Shown in pieces: positions 20,160 through 29,403 of a stretch of 64,000 nucleotides of DNA (position 1 is the stretch's first letter; every line of letters starts with the position of its first letter). The position numbers and the translations under genes were made by a program. Below the pieces are notes generated by a model. It had not been told where the DNA came from. It worked only from the letters and a program-made list of their open reading frames with translations, and searched no databases. Origin of the DNA: Candidatus Bathyarchaeia archaeon (GTDB lineage: Archaea; Thermoproteota; Bathyarchaeia; Bathyarchaeales; Bathycorpusculaceae); contig JAVZNT010000001.1 of assembly GCA_038882655.1 (NCBI GenBank), positions 32,001 through 96,000 on the forward strand. The letters are read 5' to 3'.

Positions 20160-21416
20160 ATGGCAAGCTTCAAAGTTAAAGATGAAAGCCTAGCCCCGAA
20201 GGGAACGCTGCAAATAGAATGGGCCTCAAGACACATGCCTGTTCTAAACCAAATTAAGAAAAGATTCAGCGAAGAGAAACCCTTAAAGAATATTGTGCTA
20301 GGCGCATGTCTCCACGTCACAAAAGAAACAGCCGTGCTAGTTGACGCCTTTCTCGCTGGGGGCGCAAAAGTCGCCCTTTGCGGCTCCAACCCGCTTTCAA
20401 CGCAGGATGAGGTTGCAGCGGCACTGGCGGAGAAAGGCGTCTACGTCTACGCGTGGCGTGGTCAAACAACAGACGAATACTACTGGTGTATTGAAAGGGT
20501 CATAGACCAGAAGCCATCGATAACATTAGACGACGGAGCCGACCTAGTCAGCACAATCCACAGTAAAAGAACAGACGCACTGTCAAACGTTAAGGGAGGC
20601 ACGGAAGAGACAACAACCGGTGTTTTAAGGCTCAGAGCCATGGAAAGGTCTGGAACCTTGAAATACGCGATAATAGCCGTTAACGACGCTTACACAAAAT
20701 ATTTGTTTGACAATCGTTATGGAACTGGTCAGAGCACAATCGACGGCATTTTAAGAGCAACAAACATTCTTTTAGCTGGGAAAAACTTTGTTGTTTGCGG
20801 TTATGGATGGTGCGGCAGAGGAGTTGCGATTCGAGCAAGAGGAATGGGCGCCAACGTCATTGTCACAGAAGTAAACCCGTTAAGGGCTCTTGAAGCAGTT
20901 ATGGACGGCTTCCGCGTAATGCCAATAGGCAAGGCGGCCGAAATAGGCGACATCTTCCTAACAACTACGGGCGATATAAGCGTCATTAGAAAGGAGCATA
21001 TGAAGAAAATGCGGGACGGAACCATCCTCGCCAACAGCGGTCACTTCAACGTTGAAATAAGCTTAAAAGACCTTGAAGAACTGGCAGCTTCGAAGAGAAC
21101 TGTTAGACCGAACCTTGAAGAATACGTCTTAAAGGATGGCAGAAGGCTGTACTTGCTTGCTGAGGGACGGCTTGTAAACTTGGCGGCTGCTGAAGGACAC
21201 CCCTCCGAGGTTATGGACATGTCCTTTGCAAACCAAGCCCTAAGCGTCGAATACCTCGTTAAAAAAGAGAAAATGCCGCCAAAAGTATACCTTGTTCCAA
21301 AGGAAATAGACGAAACAGTGGCTAAGTTGAAACTTGAGGCAATTGACGTAAAAATAGATGAGCTGACAGAGGAGCAGAGAAGGTATTTGGCAGAGTGGGA
21401 GATGGGCACAACTTAA
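20160..21416 (+). CDS. ahcY: S-adenosylhomocysteine hydrolase
   Basis: [50 protein letters not shown]. Confidence 0.97.
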   Translation: MASFKVKDESLAPKGTLQIEWASRHMPVLNQIKKRFSEEKPLKNIVLGACLHVTKETAVLVDAFLAGGAKVALCGSNPLSTQDEVAAALAEKGVYVYAWRGQTTDEYYWCIERVIDQKPSITLDDGADLVSTIHSKRTDALSNVKGGTEETTTGVLRLRAMERSGTLKYAIIAVNDAYTKYLFDNRYGTGQSTIDGILRATNILLAGKNFVVCGYGWCGRGVAIRARGMGANVIVTEVNPLRALEAVMDGFRVMPIGKAAEIGDIFLTTTGDISVIRKEHMKKMRDGTILANSGHFNVEISLKDLEELAASKRTVRPNLEEYVLKDGRRLYLLAEGRLVNLAAAEGHPSEVMDMSFANQALSVEYLVKKEKMPPKVYLVPKEIDETVAKLKLEAIDVKIDELTEEQRRYLAEWEMGTT

Positions 21417-21494
21417 CATTTTGTCATTGATGTGATATGGTAAACTTTAAAAGGAAAGTAAACAATAAACATGGCTTTGTGTGGTGACGTGTAA

Positions 21495-21848
21495 ATGGTA
21501 AGCAAAGATCAATCAATAGGAGGAGCAATATTCCTCATATGCCTCATAATAGCAATATTCTATGTGATAACACTGTTCTATCCGGATTGGATTGTGAATT
21601 TAGGCTGGGCGAGTAAACCCGAGCATGTTCAGTTTTGGCTAATTGCGATACCGGTTTTCATAGCGTTCATAGCCATAATGGGAATTGGCGCTTGGATTGG
21701 TTGGACAATGGCTACGACACCTCCACCAAAGCCTATAGAAGAGATAACAAGTGAAATCGAAGAAGAGGAAAAGAAAGAGGAAACAGCTAAAGAGTCTAAA
21801 GAGACAGCAGAGACCAGAGAGAAGGAGAAGGGGAAAAGCCAAAAGTAA
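21495..21848 (+). CDS. Conserved archaeal two-TM protein with charged tail
   Basis: AWIGWTMATTPPPKPIEE motif; GGTGA SD. Confidence 0.75.
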   Translation: MVSKDQSIGGAIFLICLIIAIFYVITLFYPDWIVNLGWASKPEHVQFWLIAIPVFIAFIAIMGIGAWIGWTMATTPPPKPIEEITSEIEEEEKKEETAKESKETAETREKEKGKSQK

Positions 21849-21853
21849 GCGTT

Positions 21854-22225
21854 TCAAAGTCCAAGCATTTGAAAGGCAAAGTGTAACGCAACATTAACTG
21901 CTGTTGCTATGCCAAAAACTAAAATAACAATTTTCGGAGAAATTGAGGTTAGGGAACTTTCCTCGCTTTTTGGCTGAATTTCATATGCCGTAATCTCTTG
22001 AGTTTCAGCGTCCACGTGAATGATGGCTGTAAGTTTCTTCATTTCCACCTCAACAGTGTAGATTCCCTCTTCTAGAGAAACCCTCTTCGGCTTTATGCCT
22101 CCTTTATGCCCTATTCTTTTGAGAAAACCTGTAGCAATAGCTGTGACTGATTCAGCGTTAAGCTTCTTCATTTGTGCTGCTGGAGTTATGACGCCTGGAG
22201 CCTTTTTCTGCAGAACTGCCGCCAA
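21854..22225 (-). CDS. Hypothetical protein, PepSY-like fold with C-terminal TM anchor
   Basis: YTVEVE...IHVDAETQEI pattern; hydrophobic C-terminus. Confidence 0.55.
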   Translation of the reverse strand: MAAVLQKKAPGVITPAAQMKKLNAESVTAIATGFLKRIGHKGGIKPKRVSLEEGIYTVEVEMKKLTAIIHVDAETQEITAYEIQPKSEESSLTSISPKIVILVFGIATAVNVALHFAFQMLGL

Positions 22226-22296
22226 CTATGGTGTCCCCTATCATTTTAGGCATTTTGAATGTTTAAAAGAAGGTGTGTGTATCATTGGCAACCAAC

Positions 22297-22692
22297 CTAT
22301 TCAGTTATGGTTTTCAGCATGCACTGCACTATTTTTTCGCATACAATACACTCTTCCGGAACGCTCTCTTTTGATGAGCGTTTGCTCAAATATCCAAAAT
22401 AATGTTTGCATTCGGTTTTCTCTGGAACGGTCTGAATTTCACGTTTTTCGTTTACCAATGGTTTTTCTTTAGTTTCGCTTTCTTCCTCTGGAATTTTTTG
22501 TTCTGTAGCAGATATGAAGACAGGTTTTTCAACCATTATTTCTGCAAGGCAGTATGGGCATGCCTCATAAACGACGTCATTTCTAACGTCTTCAACTTTT
22601 ATCGGGGTTGCGAAGTTTTTCCCGCATAGAGGGTTTGGGCACGTGTGGCTTTTGTTTTCTGCGGGGTCTTCCCTCTTCTTTTTCGTAGCTAT
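22297..22692 (-). CDS. Double Cys-cluster (Zn-binding) protein, probable non-canonical start
   Basis: Frame open to 22704 encodes CPNPLCG..F.TPI...YEACPYCL upstream of the first ATG (22536); paralog of 29404..29784. Confidence 0.7.
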   Translation of the reverse strand: MATKKKREDPAENKSHTCPNPLCGKNFATPIKVEDVRNDVVYEACPYCLAEIMVEKPVFISATEQKIPEEESETKEKPLVNEKREIQTVPEKTECKHYFGYLSKRSSKESVPEECIVCEKIVQCMLKTITE

Positions 22693-22779
22693 TCCTCCTT
22701 TAAATTAGAATTGGACTCCGAGTTTATAGTGTTGATGAATCCAGAATACTTATCCTAACTAATCTTTGCAAAAATGATG

Positions 22780-23358
22780 TTATGGGGATGCCAGTTTTTT
22801 TAGGTCCTCCTCCCCCTCAGCGTAGCCGGAAGCGATTAGGATGTCGCCCACTTGGATTCGCGAGTCTGGTTTTGGGCGTATACATTTTTCTCCCCTTTTT
22901 ATAGCTAGAATCCACATGCCCGTTTCCTCTGGGATTTTTGCTTCCCGCAAAGTCTTGTTTGCTAAAGGTGAGTTTTCTGCTACCTTTGTGTACGTGATTG
23001 TTTCTTCTGCCTCTTCTATGGCTAGTGCGAGCACCGGGTGGGGTTCTATGCCTCTTAAAACGACTTCGGCTATTTGTGCAGCTGCATCAGCTATCTTTTC
23101 TGTTACAACGCCAAGTCTTATCAGTCCTAGGAAGCCTTTGGCTTCCTCTTTTTTGAATTTGCTTGATAGGACCAGTAGTTCAAATTCGGTGTGCAGTTTA
23201 TCCATGTATTCTTCGAGTTTTTGAACCTCTTCAGCTAGCTCCTTGCTGCTTAGGAGCAGCGATGAATAAGCCAAATCAATCATCAGTTCGGATGTGTCTT
23301 TAAGCTCTACGAAGCGTTCGACGATTTCCTCAAATTTTTTCTGGTTTTTCTCCGCCAT
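22780..23358 (-). CDS. PhoU + TrkA-C (RCK_C) domain protein
   Basis: ELKDTSELMIDLAYSSLL; C-terminal GMWILAIKRG...IQVGDILIASG. Confidence 0.88.
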   Translation of the reverse strand: MAEKNQKKFEEIVERFVELKDTSELMIDLAYSSLLLSSKELAEEVQKLEEYMDKLHTEFELLVLSSKFKKEEAKGFLGLIRLGVVTEKIADAAAQIAEVVLRGIEPHPVLALAIEEAEETITYTKVAENSPLANKTLREAKIPEETGMWILAIKRGEKCIRPKPDSRIQVGDILIASGYAEGEEDLKKLASP

Positions 23359-23361
23359 AAA

Positions 23362-23970
23362 CTAGTCCTCCAGCTTGTCTGGTTTTCCCTCGCAGAGTTC
23401 CTTCAGCTCTTTTAATCCTTCGTGGGTGCCGCGGGCGATGAGGATGTCGCTAGCCTTGACTTTCTCTTTTTCTTTTGGGTTTATTATCCAGTCGTTTTCT
23501 CTGAATATGGCGATTATGTCTATGCCCATTCTTGGGGCTAGTTCGAGCTCGCCTATATCCTTTCCAACTAGAACCGATTTTTCGTTTACTTTGGCTTTTG
23601 CTAACCGTTCTTCAACTCTTTCGAAGATTTCGCCCACAATGGGATGTACCCCTATATTCTGCGTTACTATTGCAGCTATGTCTGCTGCAGCGTCTGAAAT
23701 TTTGTCTGTAGCGGCGGCCACCTTTGAAACACCAACCAGCACTTCTGCGTCTTTTGCGTCTCTTGCCGCCACCATAGTGACCATTTCAAGATGGTAAGCC
23801 AACGTGTCTATGCGTTTTTCCAGCTCCAAAACGTCTTCCGCCAAGTCTTTGTCGTTGAAGAGGGCAGCCGAATAAGCCAAGTCAATCATTAGTTCGGAGA
23901 GGTTTTTCATTTCGCGGAGAACTTCCCTCACTGTTACGGGCTTATATTCAATTTTTTCAAAGGGAGGCAT
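23362..23970 (-). CDS. PhoU + TrkA-C (RCK_C) domain protein, tandem paralog
   Basis: EMKNLSELMIDLAYSAAL; GIDIIAIFRE...DILIARG. Confidence 0.88.
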   Translation of the reverse strand: MPPFEKIEYKPVTVREVLREMKNLSELMIDLAYSAALFNDKDLAEDVLELEKRIDTLAYHLEMVTMVAARDAKDAEVLVGVSKVAAATDKISDAAADIAAIVTQNIGVHPIVGEIFERVEERLAKAKVNEKSVLVGKDIGELELAPRMGIDIIAIFRENDWIINPKEKEKVKASDILIARGTHEGLKELKELCEGKPDKLED

Positions 23971-24053
23971 AGCGTTTTAGGCTCTCCGACCAGAATATTT
24001 AGCAGCGAACATTTTAACTCTTATCCCCTTAAGGCTGGCTTTTGGAGTAGTTT

Positions 24054-25256
24054 TCAAGCTAATATTCCAGTCCATAAGACAAGCGCCACAAGAAGCGAAA
24101 TAGTTGTTATACTGTCGGCAAGGGAACTCTCGATGGGAATTTCAAAATTGTCCGGGTCTAAACCCCTCTGATAGGTTAAGATGGCAACGGAATAGGAAAC
24201 CAAAATTATTAGAGAAGCGGCGAAAATGTTGACTGTGAAGAGGAAAAACGTAAATGTTACAAGGCTTACTGGCGCAAACGTTCCAGTTATTAGCAAGGCT
24301 AAAACTGAATAGGCAAAATACATTATTAGGGATGCAACCCACGCGCCTGAAATCTCCATCAAATGGCTTTTCATGGATGAAAATGACGCCTTAAGGGTTC
24401 CGAGAGCAAGTTTTGTTGTGGCTGTTGAGCCGACAACAGCGCCTACATCGCCTATAGTGTCAATTAACGCTGGATAAACAACATATACCTGGCTAAGTTC
24501 CTTTCCACGTATGAGTCCCTCCACCTTCCCCAAGGTTGCCCCCGCAACGTTAACTACAAAAGATACTAAAACAAGCGTTAACAGTGTTTCTTTCAAAGTT
24601 TTGATGAACTCTGGCTCCCTTGCATTTTTAACCAAAAAGAATGCAGAGGTTAATAGCAATGCCAAACTTATAAGAGTGAAGATATAGCTCCAGAGAAGGC
24701 TGTTGGCAAGGAAGAGACTAAGCACTGTGATGTATATTGAGGTTATTAGGAGGTCTGCCACGGTGGACTCTATTGGATATAAGATTATGTCTGGATCAAG
24801 TCCATGCTTAAAGGAGACGAAGGAAGCAGTCAACGTCAGCGGTGAAATGACAATTAACGCCAGAGTCATCGTCGCCATAAAAACGCTTATCAGACCCAAA
24901 AATTCTCCAAAGCCGCTTAAAAAGGCTGCAATTAGGCTCATCATGAGGCTTGCTTCGAAAGTCATAATCACAATTGCTTGGAAGAGTAAATAGAAACTCT
25001 TCGTGTTTCCGAAAAGGCGTGGTTGAACTGTTCCAAGGTGCAGAGCAGTGCTTAAACGTCCACAAAATAAGCCTCCTATAACCCCACGGGCACTGAGGAT
25101 AGGTGGATAGATCACGACTGCCCATGGTGCTTTTGCAAAAAGTCCAGAATTGAAAGCGATTATTGCTCCTGCAGCTATTCCGAAAATGTTGAAGGCGTAA
25201 GCCATCACTGACTGCTTTAGGGTTTCGGCGAATCGCGGTTTAGCCTTCAAAGCCAT
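24054..25256 (-). CDS. MgtE/SLC41-type divalent cation transporter (two membrane repeats)
   Basis: Two GLDPD..xPIxSxxAD motifs; RLSTALHLG. Confidence 0.88.
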   Translation of the reverse strand: MALKAKPRFAETLKQSVMAYAFNIFGIAAGAIIAFNSGLFAKAPWAVVIYPPILSARGVIGGLFCGRLSTALHLGTVQPRLFGNTKSFYLLFQAIVIMTFEASLMMSLIAAFLSGFGEFLGLISVFMATMTLALIVISPLTLTASFVSFKHGLDPDIILYPIESTVADLLITSIYITVLSLFLANSLLWSYIFTLISLALLLTSAFFLVKNAREPEFIKTLKETLLTLVLVSFVVNVAGATLGKVEGLIRGKELSQVYVVYPALIDTIGDVGAVVGSTATTKLALGTLKASFSSMKSHLMEISGAWVASLIMYFAYSVLALLITGTFAPVSLVTFTFFLFTVNIFAASLIILVSYSVAILTYQRGLDPDNFEIPIESSLADSITTISLLVALVLWTGILA

Positions 25257-25330
25257 AAATTAACCTCCAGAAGCTCTTGCAGACCACGGTAAGAAGAGTG
25301 CATAGTAGGCAAAGGGTTAGAAGGCTGAGT

Positions 25331-25516
25331 TTATGATTGGATTGTTTTAAGTGGAAGTCTTGATGGGCACGACTGAGCAAATAGAGATTCACGTTTTGTT
25401 CTTTTCGCGTGCTTTTGGCTAGCCTCATCATTTTCGCCTTCTTGACTTTCCCCGTCGTTTTCCATCCATAGGCACTCCTTCAAAGCGGCTTTTTTCAGCG
25501 TGCCCTCAAACTCCAC
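25331..25516 (-). CDS. Small hypothetical protein upstream of the MgtE gene
   Basis: GTG start with GGAG upstream; no recognisable motif. Confidence 0.35.
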   Translation of the reverse strand: MEFEGTLKKAALKECLWMENDGESQEGENDEASQKHAKRTKRESLFAQSCPSRLPLKTIQS

Positions 25517-25658
25517 CGTTTATATCGCTCCCAAACCTCTTACAATTGAGATGGCAACCCCTTTAATTATTTTTCCGACAAATCCAAAATCCATATCCAA
25601 AATTCATAACCGTTTTAATTAGCTAACCTCTAAATTCGCAGTGCAGCGGTGAAAACTG

Positions 25659-25841
25659 TTGTATGCCATTTGGGTAAAGATTGATGAAACAATGCCATGG
25701 ATTGAACTCAGCGGAACATACCAGACAAGAGAAGAGGCTAAAAGGATGGCAAGAGAACTTTTAAGTAAAACAAGAGTAAGAATTGTTAAGGTTGAGAGAG
25801 AGCGAAGGCAAATGAAGGCTGTGATGACTGTAAAACGGTAA
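25659..25841 (+). CDS. Small basic hypothetical protein
   Basis: GGTGA SD with TTG start; G.Y.TREEA helix pattern. Confidence 0.6.
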   Translation: MYAIWVKIDETMPWIELSGTYQTREEAKRMARELLSKTRVRIVKVERERRQMKAVMTVKR

Positions 25842-25881
25842 ACTAGGCTTAAACTTTAGAACCCCCTCACTTCTTTCAGTT

Positions 25882-26289
25882 TTAGGTTTCTGGCGAAGGA
25901 TAGCATGTGACGCACTTGCATTCCTTGAGGGTTGGCAGGTCTTCTTGATGAAGCTTGCAAATAACTTTTTCATATCTTATGGCAACGCATATTTCGCAAA
26001 GTTTCTCTATGACACTTTCCGGCGTTGCGTCTTCCCTGGCGAGGGCTTCAGCCAGTCTTGATATCATTTTCATGGCTTCTTCAGACCGGGCTATTTCCTT
26101 TGTAAGTGCCATTCCCCTTTCACCTTTAAAATATTGAGTTATGGCTGCAGGGGTTAGCTCCATCTTTTCAGAAGCCTCGATTTTTCTCATGTTGTACTTT
26201 TCTATGAGCTCTTTTGTTACTAGTACTCTTATTGCTGGGAGAAGGTATTTCACTACAATTACGCATGGGGGTTTCAAGGGTTTTCCCAT
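25882..26289 (-). CDS. COG2522-like HTH transcriptional regulator with Cys/His-rich C-terminus
   Basis: PPC..VVKYLLPAIR, LTPAAITQYFKGERG HTH, CEIC...ICKLH...CKCVTC; ATG about 20 nt downstream of TATA (leaderless). Confidence 0.85.
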   Translation of the reverse strand: MGKPLKPPCVIVVKYLLPAIRVLVTKELIEKYNMRKIEASEKMELTPAAITQYFKGERGMALTKEIARSEEAMKMISRLAEALAREDATPESVIEKLCEICVAIRYEKVICKLHQEDLPTLKECKCVTCYPSPET

Positions 26290-26307
26290 GTTATTTTTGG
26301 CGGTAGG

Positions 26308-26352
26308 TTTATATATTTTTAACGGCGTTAAATAATTTTTAACGGTGTTAAA
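26308..26352. promoter_or_regulatory. Divergent promoter with two tandem palindromic operators TTTAACGGYGTTAAA
   Basis: Boxes at 26318-26332 and 26338-26352 (20-bp period); TTTATATA at 26308-26315. Confidence 0.75.
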
Positions 26353-28077
26353 ATGACCGAAATCCACCTAACCACACTAGAAAAACTCCGCGAACACGAA
26401 GAAACAGACCCAACACACCTAAAAGAACTAACACAACAAATAGCCACGGACAAAATCCTAAAACAACCAATAGTTGTCGACGAAAAAACAAACACAATAT
26501 TGGACGGAGAACACCGCTTCAACGCCCTTAAAAGCCTCGGATGCAAAAGAATCCCAGTAATCTACGTGGATTACAACTCGCCAAACATCGTGGTCCAAAC
26601 ATGGAGAAACAGCTATAGCCTAACAAAAAGGGATGTTGTGGAAGCCGCTTTGTCTGGTAAGCGTTTTCCGCCTAAAACAACATGCCACATGATAAAAAAC
26701 AGTGAAACTCTGTCGCATCTATCGTCTATTGAGAAGAGGGTTGACATTCCTCTTGAAGTGCTGAAAAGCGAACTTACGCTTACCTCCATAAAAAATGTGA
26801 AAGTCGCCATGAATGTTGAACTCACAGATGTTCTGCCGGTATACGCTAGCTTCCTTAAAACAAAAGTTATTGATGTTCCCCTGATAATAGATAAGCGGAC
26901 AGGCGTTTTACTACATGGTTATGAAGCCTTCCAAGCGCTCGACCTACTCTCAGTAGAGAAAGCACCAACGTTTAAGGTGAACTTGAAAAAAGTGGAAATC
27001 AAGGTACCAAACATGGAAAACTTGTCTAAAGAAAGGATAATCGAAGCTGGGATTAATGGACCAAAACTCCCGCCAAAAAGTTTTACCCTCCTCACGGAGC
27101 CGGTCAAAATTAGTGTTCCTCTGGAGCGGTTAGTGGCTGAAAAGAGGCAAAGCAGCAAACTGCTTAAAGTTTACAATGGTACTTTAGAATTGCTTTATGA
27201 GGGGTGGCCAACCCCTCTTGTAAAGCTAAATTCCTTGTCTTCTGCTTTTCGCAGCGTTTGGGCTAAGCTTGAATGCTACAATCCCTTTAGCAACAGCATA
27301 AAGGACAGAATAGGCTGGGCAATGATTAAAGAAGCTATGGAAAATGGAGAACTTAAAACGCTTTTGTATGAAGCTACATCCACAAATACGGGGATAGCCC
27401 TAACCTCCATAGCCAACACCCTCGGCGTGAAAACAAGGCTTTACATACCAAAAACCATACAAAAAGCAAGCGACATCTACCTTGAAGTTCTCGGAGCAGA
27501 GGTCGTGCGGCTTCCAGTAGGCTTAACTGTTGAGGCAATAAGCCAAGTGGAAAAGGAGGCAAAAGCCGACAAGGCTGCACACCTAAACCAATTTGAAAAC
27601 GATGCCAACTTCAAAGTTCACCTAAAAAATACAGCTAGAGAAATAGACGAGCAGCTAAATAGCCTTGGCTTAAAGCCCACATGCATAATCGGCGGACTTG
27701 GAACATCAGGCCATATAAGCGCCATATCCTACTACTTCAAATCCAAATACGAAGACGATGTAAAAATCGTAGGTGTCCAACCAGCCCAAAACGAGATTAT
27801 CCCGGGCATTAGGAGGATAGAAACAGGCATGAAATGGTACCATAACGTATGCTTCGACGAAGTAGTGGACGTGAAGCAGACAGAAGCCATAGAAGGTGCA
27901 ATAAAAATAGCGAGAAAAGAAGGTCTACTTGTAGGGTTAAGCTCCGGAGCCGTTGTTTACGCCTTCCAGAAAATTGCCGAAGAAAAAGGCATATACGTTC
28001 TCGTTTTCCCAGACAGCGGATACAAGTATGTAGAACAGTTTGAAAAATATTTGGCAAGCGTTTCGCCGAAAAACTAG
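26353..28077 (+). CDS. Fusion: two ParB/Srx (SerK-like serine kinase) domains + PLP-dependent cysteine synthase
   Basis: REHEE, LDGEHR, PPKTT in domain 1; degenerate second copy; PTPLVKL, NPFSNSIKDR, TSTNTG, GLGTSG, FPDSGYKY. Confidence 0.85.
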   Translation: MTEIHLTTLEKLREHEETDPTHLKELTQQIATDKILKQPIVVDEKTNTILDGEHRFNALKSLGCKRIPVIYVDYNSPNIVVQTWRNSYSLTKRDVVEAALSGKRFPPKTTCHMIKNSETLSHLSSIEKRVDIPLEVLKSELTLTSIKNVKVAMNVELTDVLPVYASFLKTKVIDVPLIIDKRTGVLLHGYEAFQALDLLSVEKAPTFKVNLKKVEIKVPNMENLSKERIIEAGINGPKLPPKSFTLLTEPVKISVPLERLVAEKRQSSKLLKVYNGTLELLYEGWPTPLVKLNSLSSAFRSVWAKLECYNPFSNSIKDRIGWAMIKEAMENGELKTLLYEATSTNTGIALTSIANTLGVKTRLYIPKTIQKASDIYLEVLGAEVVRLPVGLTVEAISQVEKEAKADKAAHLNQFENDANFKVHLKNTAREIDEQLNSLGLKPTCIIGGLGTSGHISAISYYFKSKYEDDVKIVGVQPAQNEIIPGIRRIETGMKWYHNVCFDEVVDVKQTEAIEGAIKIARKEGLLVGLSSGAVVYAFQKIAEEKGIYVLVFPDSGYKYVEQFEKYLASVSPKN

Positions 28078-28221
28078 AGAGGGGCTATCCAATTTAACAA
28101 TTATTTAGACAGCTAATAATTGACGTTGAAGAGGTGGAACGAGAAATTTTGCTTTTAGCCTTTCATCAACAAGAATAGGTTTTTAAGCACCTTTCGTTCT
28201 TTTAGAAAGGCTTGGATTACG

Positions 28222-28629
28222 ATGAAAAATTTAGCCACACTTAAAGTAAAAGTTAGCAGAATTATGACAAGAAACCTCATCACGGTTTCAGTTGGCAGCA
28301 CAGTGGAAGATGCTGTGAAAAAAATGATTGAATACGATGTGGAATGTCTACCCGTCATCGACTTGAAAGGCATTTTACAAGGCTTACTAACCTTCAGAGA
28401 CATAATAACAAAAGCCGTTTATTCACAGGCTAATGTAAGAAAGCTAAAAGTTGAAGACATAATGACAAAGGACCTTGTAACATGCCGACCCAACAACACC
28501 GTTCTCGACGTTGCTAAAACAATGAAAAATAGGCATCTCAGAAGAATCCCAGTAGTAAACGCCAAAAACAAACTTGTTGGTCTAATAACAGACTTTGACT
28601 TGGCGTTGTTCGGATGTGACTTCAAATAG
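28222..28629 (+). CDS. CBS-pair protein
   Basis: IMTRNLITV...LPVID and IMTKDLVTC...IPVVN...GLIT. Confidence 0.9.
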   Translation: MKNLATLKVKVSRIMTRNLITVSVGSTVEDAVKKMIEYDVECLPVIDLKGILQGLLTFRDIITKAVYSQANVRKLKVEDIMTKDLVTCRPNNTVLDVAKTMKNRHLRRIPVVNAKNKLVGLITDFDLALFGCDFK

Positions 28630-28639
28630 CCCTAAGCCA

Positions 28640-29011
28640 TCAACGAGAAACGCGTTCCCCATAAATCTTTTCCAAAAGCCTTTTGAGGATTCTCGCCTTA
28701 CGTTTAAACTCTTCCTTGGAAACTGTGTGCCTCATGGGGCACAACTTATCTAAGGCTACGCCTTCGCCGTCCACATAAATAACTGTGTAAAGGCGGCACC
28801 CTAAAGGTCTTATCTTATAAACTCGACACCTCTTTTCAGTTGGGCTGTAGAAGTAGCACCAACTATCAACATTTCTAAGACGTGGCACATCATCACGTAC
28901 AACCATAAAATCCTCTGGACGATAGCCAGCATACACCAACCGCTCTACGTCATCACTTGAAAGCTCCATCTCAGTTTCATGACAGCATTCCCCACAGCCA
29001 GAACAATGCAT
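28640..29011 (-). CDS. YkgJ-family CxxCxxCC cysteine-cluster protein
   Basis: CSGCGECC, CYFY, CRVY..RPLGCRLY. Confidence 0.88.
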   Translation of the reverse strand: MHCSGCGECCHETEMELSSDDVERLVYAGYRPEDFMVVRDDVPRLRNVDSWCYFYSPTEKRCRVYKIRPLGCRLYTVIYVDGEGVALDKLCPMRHTVSKEEFKRKARILKRLLEKIYGERVSR

Positions 29012-29045
29012 AACTGCCGTTTAAGGCGTTTAGGGTGATTTCTTT

Positions 29046-29133
29046 TGGCGCCGGGAGTGGGATTCGAACCCACGCGGCCCAAAAGGGCCACAGGCTCTCA
29101 AGGCCTGCGCGTTATCCACTCCGCCATCCCGGC
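29046..29133 (-). tRNA. tRNA-Ser (TGA), CCA encoded, no intron
   Basis: Acceptor GCCGGGA/TCCCGGC, anticodon arm CAGGC-CTTGAGA-GCCTG, long variable arm, GGTTCGAATCC. Confidence 0.96.
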
Positions 29134-29249
29134 AACAACTGCCACTCTCCTAAAACCATTCTAAACTTTAAATCTTTATCCAAACCCTTCAATAAGCTAA
29201 GAGACGAATCAGCTATATATCAGAAATGCGAGAAACTATTCCCGGAAAG

Positions 29250-29324
29250 GGGCCGGTAGTCTAGCTCGGTTAGGACATCCGCTTGACGTGCGGAAGGTCA
29301 CCGGTTCAAATCCGGTCCGGCCCA
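29250..29324 (+). tRNA. tRNA-Val (GAC), CCA not encoded
   Basis: Acceptor GGGCCGG/CCGGCCC, anticodon arm TCCGC-TTGACGT-GCGGA, GGTTCAAATCC. Confidence 0.96.
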
Positions 29325-29403
29325 CTAATGTGTTTTTTGTTGCACGCTTGTGCAAAAAGGTTTATTAAATATTAATATTCTGCATACTAATGAGGCGTTT
29401 AAC

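Noticed and set aside
25325-25460. Possible C/D sRNA or riboswitch upstream of the MgtE gene
   Set aside because: Box spacing wrong and no recognisable riboswitch consensus
26353-27150. ParB partitioning or defence nuclease
   Set aside because: No HTH or parA partner; fusion to cysteine synthase and the PPKTT motif favour a SerK-like kinase
29035-29259. 74-aa ORF on the + strand
   Set aside because: Antisense reading of tRNA-Ser
29046-29324. tRNAs as integration sites
   Set aside because: No integrase or duplicated tRNA 3' end noticed in the window
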